64,000 nt of DNA from Paraphysomonas bandaiensis (GCA_965644295.1 CBFFRP010000119.1:229758-293757); one strand, 5' to 3'; counted from the first letter of the stretch, positions 13,298 through 25,361 are shown. Translations and numbers: made by a program. Notes: generated by a model not told the origin, from the sequence alone.

Positions 13298-13790
13298 GTG
13301 ACCGCACAAATACATCTTACTGTGAAACCAGCGTGCCTATGGAAGTATTCGACACTTGCAGATACTATCGAGAATTACTCAACCATGAAAGAAAAGATAG
13401 AAGTAAAGCTCGAAAGTCTGCTGTCGAATATAAGGTGCACGGCATTCACCAACTATTGCTGTGTGGTAATTATTCTGTGCATTGATCTAGGAGTATCAAG
13501 AACTGCAGTCTGAGGATCATTATGGAACTGTGTTTCAATTAGAAAAAAGGAAATACGATCATCATCAGTGTTCGAGGTAAGAAATATTTAATATATATTT
13601 ATAAATTTCATGTTTTTTATAAATTCTTTTGATCCCTCAGTCTGGAGAATCCACTGGAAGGGCAGTATTGCACAGGGCCTGGTAACCATTAATGGTAATA
13701 CCATCATAATTGCCGGGAGCTAGACTACCATTAATGGGCCATTAGTGGTAATCACGCCCTGGTATTGCATACTTACAGACTAAATCTTGT
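13298..13790 (+). pseudogene. Partial duplicate of the 3' half of SKA1, with internal deletions and a MITE insertion
   Basis: Near-identical to ~15690-16235, including two introns. No 5' end. Confidence 0.9.
13673..13761. mobile_element. 89-bp hAT-type MITE
   Basis: Imperfect TIRs CAGGGCCTGGTAACCATTAATGG / CCATTAGTGGTAATCACGCCCTG. Perfect 8-bp TSD GTATTGCA at 13665-13672 and 13762-13769. The empty site is in intact SKA1 at 16202-16209. Confidence 0.9.
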
Positions 13791-14060
13791 AATCTAATCG
13801 TCCGTAGTACAGTGTACTGTTACCTGTTAACTTGCTTGTACGTAATTATTTAACGATATGGTAGATGGTGTGCTATTTCTATATGATACTACCATCATTT
13901 CATCGATTGCATTACATGTGATTACGCGATTACTAATTAGTTAGAAAGTGAACTGACCACTTGATTAAGTAAAAATTGATATCATTAACATACATGTATC
14001 ATACACCACAAGAAAAAGATTGCTGCTTCTATGCTCTGCACTTGGTAATAAGCATTAAGC

Positions 14061-14947
<887 letters not shown>

Positions 14948-15370
14948 TATATCTGAACACTGCAAACACCCTCATTAGGGGATGATAAGTACATGGGGAG
15001 GGAGGAAGAATCTACCTGATATGTGATGTCTCTCTTAATCTCTTGCGATGGTTATATATGTGCTCTATGCGGGTGTGAATATCTAGAGCTGCTGGGCTGC
15101 GTGCAGATGCGTGCCTTTGTGCGCAGTATTCTTCACACATGTATGTGTACATGATCGTTTCTAGTTTAAACATTTGAATTTATTTTTTTGAAAGGGAGCG
15201 TATCTTTAAGAGATATATATTTCAGTTTGTTTTGTTAGGATAACTAGCCGTTGTGAGATAAGAAATACTCATAGGCGCAGTAACCAAATGACAAGACAAG
15301 TTCAGATAATTGCTTCATTACCTGAAGGGGCAGTTAGCACTGTCTTGTAATAGCATAGTTAGCATTAATC

Positions 15371-16300
15371 ATGAGCGAACAGCTTGTAAATGACTTTAAA
15401 AGAATGGTATCAGTGATTGAGAACGAAACTCAAGCATTGAAATTTTTGTCAAGTATGCGAGGGGCAGCTCACAGCCGCTGCCCTGATGACATCAAGGCAA
15501 AACTAAAAGAAATTGAGGGTGTCGTATCCAGTCTTGAGAATAATTTGGGCGACTTAGATGAATTTTTGGATACTGAGCTTCAGTCTATAAGTAGGCTTCA
15601 AGAACTGGAAGAAGTCGGCAATGAACAACACAAAGATATTATGGAAGTTAAAAAGAATATTCCCAGTTTTTTTAAGCCATCTGTGTTGAGTGACCGTACG
15701 AATACGTCGTACTGCGCAACCAGCGTGCCTATGGACGAATTCGATGACAGTATTATAGAGAAGGCGGAGTTCGAAGCTGTGCCGAAGAGTACTCGCAGTC
15801 GATTGACACTTGCAGATACTATCCAGCATTACGCAACCATAAGAAAGCTTTATGAGAGAAAAGAAGAGGTAAAGAAGAAGATGTTACTCAATATTATCAC
15901 ATTGCTTTTGCGGTTAGACTGTTGCGTCTTGGAAAGATAGAAGTAAAGCTCGAAAGTCTGCTGTCGAATACAAGGTACACGGCATTCACCAACTATTGCT
16001 GTGTGGTAATCATTCTGTGCATTGATCTAGGAGTATCAAGAACTGCAGTCTGAGGATCATTATGGAACTGTGTTTCTATTAGAAAAGGAAATACGATCGT
16101 CATCAGTGTTCGAGGTAAGAAATATTTAATATATATTTATAGTTTCATGTTTTTTATAAATTCTATTGAACTCTCAGTCTGGAGAATCCACTGGAAGGGC
16201 AGTATTGCATACTTTACGATCTCTTCACAGACTGAAGCTGGTACGGGCCAATGGTGAGAGTACTTACATTCTTGTGAAGAATATTCCTAAGTCGACATAG
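15371..16300 (+). CDS. SKA1: Spindle and kinetochore-associated protein 1-like, 4 exons
   Basis: N-terminal coiled coil and EFEAVPKSTRSRLTL. The spliced C-terminus TGRAVLHTLRSLHRLKLVR.NGE.TYIL resembles the SKA1 microtubule-binding domain. Confidence 0.72.
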
Positions 16301-17077
16301 TTGCAGTTTTCTGGCTTTGAATGTAATACGTTTATGTAATTGCTATTTTGTTTATATTAATATATTTTCGATTTCTGTAGGATGCTGTATTGCAAATTTG
16401 TTTATTGGTCACAGAAATTGTTATTGTTTTTTTCTCTCATTCAGTGCTTTTACTAGGTTACTGTTTACTTGGTCATCTTATTGCATAGAATTTTTAAGAA
16501 CGTATATGCATATCCAACTTTGTAACACTTACTTCTATTCACACTTAGTTAGACAGTTAGAACTATTATTATGTGTTATATATATAACAAGATTATCATA
16601 GCTACATCATATGATAATAACCACTGCAGTGATCACCAAACCCACCTCCGCTTAATGGATACTAACATTCGATAAAGAATTATATCTGCTATAATCTCAT
16701 TACCAGTTAATTAATCCAGTTAAATCCGGGTTAATTAATTAATAGTAAACATGTTATTCATATAACAGCTAAGAAGCATTACCACTGCCTGCTGTCACTG
16801 TGTAGAATATATCGCAATGTCAGCATATAGTTTCTTTCTTTAGCCTACGACAGGTGATTTGCTCAGCGTTATATTCTAATGACTTATACAGCTGACATTC
16901 TCTTCATAACAAGTTAAATTACTTTATATCACACGATATGTAGTTGAGCAGTTTCGTTTGAAGCAAAACTAAAAATAAAGACACATACAAAGGTGAAAAT
17001 GTGTACGCGACCATCGCTCACAATAACTAGAAGTGTTAGAAAATGGGATTATTAGTTACACAAGGGTGGCATTGTGA

Positions 17078-17569
17078 TTAAGCACGGGCGGCGTTGTTAC
17101 CGTTGACAACGGAGATTCCAGGCAGATCCTTGAAATCCATAGCCTCAAGCATATCACGAGTATCGCTGTCAATAATAATGATGTCCTGCTCAATTGCGGA
17201 TTTCTAGGAAAATAAATAAATTACACACAACACATAAAGCAGGTAGAAAACAAACCTCCGGAACAAAGTCGAGACGTCTCTCTCTCTCTTCCTCCTGCAA
17301 CTTAAGGGAGATACCTCTGACGGGGCCTCTCTGGATTCGCTTCATGAGGTGAGTAATAAAACCAGCAATCTTATTTCTCATTCTCTTGGAAGGAACGACG
17401 GCGACCTCGCCAACAACTCTCTTATTGACATGGAAATCAAGGGTGAGACGAGAATAGTATTTCTCAATGATCACCCTCGATGACTTTTTAACAGTCTTTG
17501 TTCGCACACCCTACAAGCACCTGATATCAGACATAGACACAATCACTTCTCAAACTGAGACATTACCAT
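17078..17569 (-). CDS. RPS17: 40S ribosomal protein S17 (eS17), 3 exons; exon 1 codes only the ATG
   Basis: [52 protein letters not shown]. Confidence 0.97.
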
Positions 17570-17984
17570 TGCAATAGATTAATTAATACCACTTGTGTAT
17601 TGTGTTACTCAGTCAGCCCCAGCGTTGAGTGTTTATATTCACTCAGCCGAACCTGTCAGTGGTGAGCCGCATGTATATCGTATCTTGAAACGATTTCAGT
17701 TTTCTACTGAGGCGAAAAACAGTGGTGGAGATGGTACACAGTTTACTCTGCTATCTGAAAAAGGTACATTTGTTGGAAAGTACATACTTTGTACATGACT
17801 TTTATTATAAATACCCTATTTTTGATATAGGAAAGCCCATACAGCTGGAAGTACGTGTGATACACTGCGAGCGAAATGCATCATGATATCCATCATTACG
17901 ATTGTACGACCAGACAGTGCCCCTCATTTCAATTAGTTAGAATTCCAGCCTTCCCCACACAAGTACATCTATCTATCTAATAAA

Positions 17985-19466
17985 ATGGCGTCCATTGAGA
18001 TGGATGGATTGGGTGTAAGTACATATGATACTTGGAGAAGTATCTGGAGCACAGGTGCGGATGACTGGGCTCGAGGGCAAATAACGAACTATCAGCTTCC
18101 CGTGTCATGGTCCAGAGTTGATTACTTTCCGTATGGATGTGCAGTCTGTCGGCGTTCTGTTATTTGCGGAAGTGATATTTTGAAGTGCTCAAAGTGCAAG
18201 AGAGTGTCGTACTGCAGTCGCGAGCACCAAAAAATGTGATTTGTTAAAGTATTTTGATATTTCTCCATCATTTTTTTACTTTTTAGGGATTGGAAACGAC
18301 ATAAGAGGACATGCTGTTCGATTTCTAGCGTACCACTTAATTCAGAACCGCTTCCGTCGAAGGAGGCCTGGATTAGCTATTTACGAACCGCTGCTAGAAC
18401 TCTGGTACCACGACTTACTGATAATATATATGTTTGGAACCATCAACCACACTGCCAGATATGCTATGTACAAACCAATCTTTCACCTTGCTCTAAATGT
18501 GGCGGGGCGGCGTGCTGTATTAATCCCGCCTGTGGGCAAGCCTTCGCTGTTGCACACTCAAAAGAGGCATGCGAGCTGCACTGCGTCCGTATTGCGACCT
18601 ATGTTATGGCACTGCAGCAACAGGACTGGCTCCGAGTGTCCTGTCGGACCCGCTGTGATGCAGTAACCCCTCCGTTATCCTTTCCGAAAGATTGGGGAGA
18701 ATACTTCAAAAATAAAATGCACGACTACGAAGTGCCGTATCAGCTGATGCAGCTACCCCCTGTTGTCGCCGCACTCACTGATGGCATGTCGAGTATAATG
18801 ATGAGCTTACATGCTCTAAAGATTCTTAAATTAGACTCTCGAGATAATATGAAAGCACCCAGGGGACGATATGTGTTATCTCTACATTTCGTTGGTGCGG
18901 AAATGTACGATATGCTAGGATTTGATGGGGCACTAGAAGAGATTTTGCACTGGGTTTCCGACTGCAATGTTTTAGACGTGACATTAGTAGGTCCAGATTT
19001 GCCAGTATCACCGGGAGAGGAAGGCAGTCGTATCAGGGTGTGCCAAAATATGTGTGAGGGATGTACCAGAAAGGGTTGCGAGGTGTATGTCACTTGCTTA
19101 AGACAACTATATCACACAGCTTTAGAAACTGGCGCTTGTACACCTCCATCATTAGCAATATGCCCTAACTCTGGCATACATGAGAAACCCGCTTTGGCTG
19201 CATCATGGGCTCCCACACTAGTGCAGCTCTATGAGCGTGGAGTTCCTACAGTATTCACGTCTTATGCTGAAGATGAAATCAACGATGATTTTTCCCAAAT
19301 AAAGAATGTGTGTGGCGTGGAAACTCATTCGTGCTTCCCAATCAAACCGGCTCGTAGCCCTTTTCGAGGTTTGCTGCCGATGCCAGATACGTACTGTGAT
19401 AACGAATTCTACTATAGTAGCAATTACTACTTTGTTATGCATAACAAGAATAGCTCTTCAAATTAA
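17985..19466 (+). CDS. MYND zinc-finger protein with an MSS51-like C-terminal domain, 2 exons
   Basis: CAVC...CSKCKRVSYCSREHQKM|DWKRHKRTC. Also PKDWGEYF, LHFVGAE, TLVGPD, YH, NSGIH, WAPTL and VFTSY. Confidence 0.8.
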
Positions 19467-20081
19467 GGCATCCAAGGGAATATTAATAGAGCACGGCCAC
19501 TAGTATATATAAATGAGTCTAATGAAAAATTCATGCTTATATCTCGATCAGTAAGTGGATTCCTGTACCCTGTACCTGCTAGATATAATCTTAGGAAAAT
19601 GATGTGCTTGTTGAGAAACGCTCATTTTACACTAGATCACAGAGAGAATTTGTCGTAAGACTAGATAGATTTATTAATATCGTTTACACGAAGTTGTGAT
19701 AACCAACACTAACTCATTATAATCCCTGCATAATATCCTACATATGCGAACCTCTCGTTACTGAACATATCTTGAACGATCAAACTATTTCAGTTTCTCA
19801 ATATCATCACAGCATTTGTACATCACTATATTTCACTGTATTCTCGTACATTGTCTTGAAGTGACATACTGAATATACTAGAATAAGATCCATATTCTAA
19901 TACTCCCACTCAATGTAGAATGCAGTGAGATAAAACAACAGTGATCACAATAATCTGATAATGCTATGACTATCTAGTCCCATAGGTAAAAACAGATGTG
20001 AAATCTTTTAAAGATACATATATATCTAGCAGTCAACTAGATATACAGTTATGTGGGATTTTCACCCACTAAAACACACCT

Positions 20082-22208
20082 TTAACCTCTTCGGGGTCGT
20101 TTCTTCTGCTGCTCCTCCACACTGTTAGACACACTCCTCTTAACCCCGGTAATCGTTTTCTCATGACGGCTGAAGATCTTCGTGGACAACGCCTTTGTAA
20201 AAATATCGGCCGCCATATCATCCGTAGATACATGAATCAATTTTGCTGTAGGAAATTTGCCATTAACATGTTCTCTTATCCAGTGATACTTGATGTCAAT
20301 ATGCTTCGACCTCTTATGATACACTGGATTCTCTGAAAGATCCTTTGCACTCTTACTATCCATAAAGAATGGAGTCGGCTTCGCTACCAAGAGTCCGAGC
20401 TCCTTGAACACCCCCCGAAGCCACACCAGTTCTTGCAAAGCCGCATACTCCGCCATATACTCAGATTCCATGCTCGAAGTCGCAACTGTGGTCTGAAGCT
20501 TGGACTGCCAGGCCAAAGCGCCCGCACATAAAAGCACGATGTATCCCGTTGTGGACCGCCTAGTCATCCTATCACCAGCCCAGTCTGAATCACTGAATAC
20601 ATGTAAATCAAACTCACTCCCACTGAATCTGATTCCCTTATCAACTGTACCACGTAAATATTTCAACAAATGAATAGCTAATCTGCAAGTCGCATATGTT
20701 GGAGAAGTACTAAATCGAGCCAATAACCCCACAGCGTAAGCCAGATCAGGTCTAGTGTGAATCGCCAAATGCAACACCGCTCCAATAATTCCTCTATACG
20801 GAAATGATTCGACCCACTGCTTCTGCTCCTCCGTCAGCTCACGTTGCTCTGCCAACAAATCCTGAACATTGGTAGGTAGTGGAGTCTCCTTATTCTTACT
20901 GCTCTTCCCCATAAACGAATCGAATTTCTTTACAATATTCTTGGCATATTCCGATTGATCTAACATGTACCAGTCCTCTCCTCTCGTGATTCTGATATTC
21001 AGAAACCGTTTGCACACACCCAGATCGTGCATTTCAAACGTTTCGCAGAACCTACGTTTAACACTTTCTAAGTAGGTGAGATCAGCAGATGCAATGATAA
21101 TATCATCAACATATATCAGCAATAAGTGCAATTGACCATTACTCCATCGCATATACAAGCATGTATCTAAAATGCAAGCAGTAAAATGTAACGATTTGAT
21201 AAACTTGTCAATATGCTTGTTCCACTGCCTCGGTGATGACCGCAAACCATATAAGGCCTTGATCAATTGAAAACACCACCCCGCTGGCAACTCTTCATCA
21301 GGTGGAGGTGCCATATACACATCCTCTTCAAGATCGGCATAACAAAACGCTGATGATACATCCAACTGATGTACATGCATATGGAACATAAACGCAATCG
21401 CGAGGACCAGTCGAATGGTTATTCCTTTGACCACTGGAGCAAACGTGGACTGCTCCTCCTCCGTTTTTTTCTGTAGATTCCCTAATGCAACCAGCCGCGC
21501 CTTATACTTGACTACATTCCCCAGAAGGTCTCTCTTCACCGTGTGAACATACTTTGCTCGCACCAACTTCACTCCCCGTGGAGTCCGCACAATCTTTAAG
21601 ACACGTCTCTTCAGTAGTGAGGTCTTCTCCACCTTCCGAGCTTCTCGCCACTTCATGTACTGTGGAGATCTCTCCGCTTCAGCATAGGAGTCTGGTATCT
21701 TAAAGTCATCATGTTGAAACTCTGCATGTTTAAAGTTAACAGTGCATGCATCTGGCACCTCAACCATATTTATTTCTCCTAACACCGATGCGTTCGCCAA
21801 CCTACGCTGTAGCCGTTTCCGCCGTACACGACCATCACCATCTAGTTCAATAGGTCGTCTAGTAGATATATACGAACCCATACCTTGCTCATCCTGAGCC
21901 CGCAAATCTTGCGGTGTGGGAGGAGCCCCGCTCGCATCCCCAGACCCACGGTCTGTCAAGGTCTGCAACCTCACGACTGTCTGTTGACAGGTCGGGTCAG
22001 GACTCTCCTGGAACCCTCCAGGTCTTCCCTGGTCCAGCTCCCTGGCTGGCGTAGTACTCAGGGCGTCCCCCTTTCCTATGTACCCGGTATTCCCGGGGGT
22101 TTCTGCAGTCATACGCACCACGTCTTCGACGTGTATAGGCACCCGGTGCTCTATATGCTCGCGACCTGCAGTAACAAGTGAACGGTATGCTACAATCACA
22201 CCCTTACG
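20082..22208 (-). CDS. Copia reverse transcriptase-RNase H, in frame with the upstream ORF after a single TAA
   Basis: KARLVALG, QLDVSSAF, LYGLR, YVDDII, FSDSDWAGD and KHIDIKYHW. Confidence 0.92.
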   Translation of the reverse strand, partial: RKGVIVAYRSLVTAGREHIEHRVPIHVEDVVRMTAETPGNTGYIGKGDALSTTPARELDQGRPGGFQESPDPTCQQTVVRLQTLTDRGSGDASGAPPTPQDLRAQDEQGMGSYISTRRPIELDGDGRVRRKRLQRRLANASVLGEINMVEVPDACTVNFKHAEFQHDDFKIPDSYAEAERSPQYMKWREARKVEKTSLLKRRVLKIVRTPRGVKLVRAKYVHTVKRDLLGNVVKYKARLVALGNLQKKTEEEQSTFAPVVKGITIRLVLAIAFMFHMHVHQLDVSSAFCYADLEEDVYMAPPPDEELPAGWCFQLIKALYGLRSSPRQWNKHIDKFIKSLHFTACILDTCLYMRWSNGQLHLLLIYVDDIIIASADLTYLESVKRRFCETFEMHDLGVCKRFLNIRITRGEDWYMLDQSEYAKNIVKKFDSFMGKSSKNKETPLPTNVQDLLAEQRELTEEQKQWVESFPYRGIIGAVLHLAIHTRPDLAYAVGLLARFSTSPTYATCRLAIHLLKYLRGTVDKGIRFSGSEFDLHVFSDSDWAGDRMTRRSTTGYIVLLCAGALAWQSKLQTTVATSSMESEYMAEYAALQELVWLRGVFKELGLLVAKPTPFFMDSKSAKDLSENPVYHKRSKHIDIKYHWIREHVNGKFPTAKLIHVSTDDMAADIFTKALSTKIFSRHEKTITGVKRSVSNSVEEQQKKRPRRG

Positions 22209-24839
22209 TTATACAACTCTTGTTGTCTTATACAGAAGTCCATCCTCATCATCAATATGATACGTTCCTTCTAAGCTGACATAGTCGGATGCAAGCTTGG
22301 GTCTAGCGGCCTCCCGCACTCGAAGAGCATCAATCTCTGCGAAATACTTCTCTGATCGTGATGGCGTTGACTCATCAGTCAATATATGGACTGTAGTCAC
22401 CACCTTGTTTGATTCAGGAAGATATACATGGTATCCTACCTTCTCATCAGAGTAACCCATTAAATATCCAACTAGAGCCTTATCCTCCCAATCCTTTCGT
22501 CGATCCGCCTTCGGTGAAAGAACATAAGTTCGACACCCCCATACCCTAAGATATCTCAAATTTGGAGGCTCACCCGTTAGAAACTCTATAGGAGACATAT
22601 ACCCTTTATCTGTTTTCGTTGGCAATCGAATCAAAATATATCTGGCTGCCATGTATGCATCCAGCCAAAATTGCGGTGGCAGTCCAGATTGGATTAGCAT
22701 TGCAAGAGTCATCTCTCCAGCAGTTCTGAACTTCCTCTCCTCTATGGCATTCATTTCTGGAGAGTCTGTTGAGCTCCACGTATGTTGATAGCACTCTTGT
22801 GTCCTAAGATACTGACGCAGCTCTTCACTGATTAACTCTCTTGCACCATCTGCATGATAGTGCTCCATCTTGAGCTTGTACCTTCTAACATCTCCTCTAA
22901 ATAGCTCTTTGAAGACTTCTAAGACCGCTTCCCCAGTTCTGTGGACTAAACCCGTCGCCCAGAACATTTTGCTGGCATGATGCGTTATCTTTAACACATA
23001 CCTCTCACCTCCTCTAGCAGGACAATTTAAGTACACAGCGATATCTGCTGAAAAATTCGGTCTAACGGAATTCTCGTCCTTCGTTCGGAAGCTGACTCGG
23101 GTTATCTTAGACCTGGCACACACATCACACAAACACTGATTTTTGTGTACCTTGGCTGTGAGGTGTTTCCGTTTCAACCCTGTACCCATGATGAGCATCC
23201 TCTTATGTGCCTCTACTAAAGCATGTTTGTTGAAGTGACCCGCTCTCCGATGCAGCAACTCCAGCTCGTCCTCACCAGTCCTATCGCTAAGATTTACTTC
23301 ACAATTACTCGGTGTAGACACATCTGGAAGCTCCAACAGCTGCTGAGTTGGAACTGCAGTCATTCCATTCTTCATGGGTCCCTCCAGTACCAGCTCACCG
23401 GTATTACAGTCATAAATTTGGATCCCATACCACACCGTGAATCGATAGCCCATTTCGTTCAGCTTACGTCCGGAGCACAGGCATCGATTGATCTGATCTG
23501 AAATTTCTATGTCTCTCCATGCTCCACGGGAACCCACACTTGTGATATGAATCTCTGATCCCTTCTTAGATCCGTTTATCACCTTTGATGTATTCATATG
23601 AGTGTCAAGCATGGTCACATCATTCATCAAGAACATTGATGATGAACAGCAGGTGTCAATATATGTATAATGCATGTCATCATTTACACTACATATATTC
23701 GTTTCATGTATATTGCATGACAATTTCATAACATCCTCGATCATATTAGCTTCATCTTCATCAGAGAAATCTGCTGGTTCTCCACGCCGTATATTCTCTA
23801 CTGTCAGCAGCCTTTTGTCCGGCTTCCTACCATGATTCTTCCCTTTCTCTCCTCTTCTAGAATGCTTTTTCTTCGTCGTTGGACAATCAGCAGCAAGATG
23901 TTCCAGAGACTTGCAATTTCTGCATCCCGTGTATTCAGCACTTCCAGGACGCTGCCCTGATATCTCTCCATCCTTCTTCCTCTGCTTCCTCCTGCACTGT
24001 TCAGTTGAATGGCTATGAGGAATTCCTTCTTTCCTGCAATATCTACAGTTGCCCTTCTTACGCTTATCCCGTTCCGTTCGAGACCGTTTGCTCTTTTCAA
24101 TGAAGTTCAGCTCCTCCACCTTCTTGCGTTTCCGCTCTAACGCAATCCTTCCAGGAATGGTATCATCATACCGTTCTATCTTCCTTGATAATGTTGCATA
24201 ATCAACATCATCAGGCATCAAATACAAAGCAACATTCAGAGGAGCATATTCTTCATTCAACAGACCTTCTCGTAACCGTGTTATTTTTGAGAGCTCCGAT
24301 ATATCCTGCTGCTGCTCCTGTAGCTCTTTCAGCAGTATTTCAAACCGTATTATATAGTCCTTCGCAGTCTCCTCCGGACGCATACGGAAAGAGCCATACT
24401 GAGTCAACAGCTCACTGATCTTGTTTTGCTTTCCTCCAGCAAAGCACTTCTTCAACTCATCAATCATAATATGCGCCTTAAACCTGTTGCTTCCACTTCC
24501 ATCAGCCTTGAACCCTTTATGTAGAAGATGGAATTTCTGAAGCGCCTTCGAAGATGATTGCACTGCCTCTCTGCAGTACGAATACGCTATGGCATTCGCC
24601 TTCCAGTACTTCTTCACAGCCTGTCTGTAAGACTTCTCCTCCATTAACGTGAGTGGCTGTTCCCCGAAGTCGCTTTCCTTCGGTGGTGGCTCCACCGCTA
24701 CTTCACTTTGCTCTTTCCTCATGAGGAATGTTTCGAAGTCCTCAATCCATTGTTCAACATTGCTCTCATTAAACTGTGGCACTACTCCTCTATCCTCCTT
24801 CTCTCCTCCTCGCTCGCTACCATGTTGAGAAACGCTCAT
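22209..24839 (-). CDS. Copia gag-protease-integrase ORF
   Basis: Zinc knuckle CRNCKSLEHLAADC, protease YIDTCCS, HHCC (HRRAGH...CDVC), DDE core (SADI, HADGARE, NAIEERK) and LRVWGC..YV. Confidence 0.92.
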   Translation of the reverse strand: MSVSQHGSERGGEKEDRGVVPQFNESNVEQWIEDFETFLMRKEQSEVAVEPPPKESDFGEQPLTLMEEKSYRQAVKKYWKANAIAYSYCREAVQSSSKALQKFHLLHKGFKADGSGSNRFKAHIMIDELKKCFAGGKQNKISELLTQYGSFRMRPEETAKDYIIRFEILLKELQEQQQDISELSKITRLREGLLNEEYAPLNVALYLMPDDVDYATLSRKIERYDDTIPGRIALERKRKKVEELNFIEKSKRSRTERDKRKKGNCRYCRKEGIPHSHSTEQCRRKQRKKDGEISGQRPGSAEYTGCRNCKSLEHLAADCPTTKKKHSRRGEKGKNHGRKPDKRLLTVENIRRGEPADFSDEDEANMIEDVMKLSCNIHETNICSVNDDMHYTYIDTCCSSSMFLMNDVTMLDTHMNTSKVINGSKKGSEIHITSVGSRGAWRDIEISDQINRCLCSGRKLNEMGYRFTVWYGIQIYDCNTGELVLEGPMKNGMTAVPTQQLLELPDVSTPSNCEVNLSDRTGEDELELLHRRAGHFNKHALVEAHKRMLIMGTGLKRKHLTAKVHKNQCLCDVCARSKITRVSFRTKDENSVRPNFSADIAVYLNCPARGGERYVLKITHHASKMFWATGLVHRTGEAVLEVFKELFRGDVRRYKLKMEHYHADGARELISEELRQYLRTQECYQHTWSSTDSPEMNAIEERKFRTAGEMTLAMLIQSGLPPQFWLDAYMAARYILIRLPTKTDKGYMSPIEFLTGEPPNLRYLRVWGCRTYVLSPKADRRKDWEDKALVGYLMGYSDEKVGYHVYLPESNKVVTTVHILTDESTPSRSEKYFAEIDALRVREAARPKLASDYVSLEGTYHIDDEDGLLYKTTRVV

Positions 24840-25361
24840 TTTACACTAGATCACAGAGAGAATTTGTCGTAAGACTAGATAGATTTATTAATATCGTTTA
24901 CACGAAGTTGTGATAACCAACACTAACTCATTATAATCCCTGCATAATATCCTACATATGCGAACCTCTCGTTACTGAACATATCTTGAACGATCAAACT
25001 ATTTCAGTTTCTCAATATCATCACAGCATTTGTACATCACTATATTTCACTGTATTCTCGTACATTGTCTTGAAGTGACATACTGAATATACTAGAATAA
25101 GATCCATATTCTAATAGTGCTTATTAAAAGTTAATGAAACAGAAGCAATTAGTTGAAAAATGTATATGAAATCAACATGTATACGGCAACATCATTGTTA
25201 GCGCCTCAGGACTTTACACACAATCAGTGGGGCGTGGGGCAACATACAGAAAAGTTCGTAATTATAGCAGCTAAATTAACGACTACGTAAATAAAGCTTT
25301 AGTAGTTACCAGAGATATTATAATAAAAACTGCCAGTATGACACTATCTCTCTCATGGTAT

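Larger units (their letters stand above)
19609..25116 (-). mobile_element. Full-length Ty1/copia LTR retrotransposon, recent insertion
   Basis: 294-bp LTRs at 19609-19902 and 24823-25116, identical by inspection. TSD GTGCT at 19604-19608 and 25117-25121. PBS TGGTAGCGAGCG follows the 5' LTR; PPT GAGTGGGAG at 19903-19911. Domain order gag-PR-INT-RT-RH. Confidence 0.97.

Noticed and set aside
16627-16787. Possible CAGTG...CACTG MITE
   Set aside because: The inverted match is only ~5-6 bp and there is no TSD.
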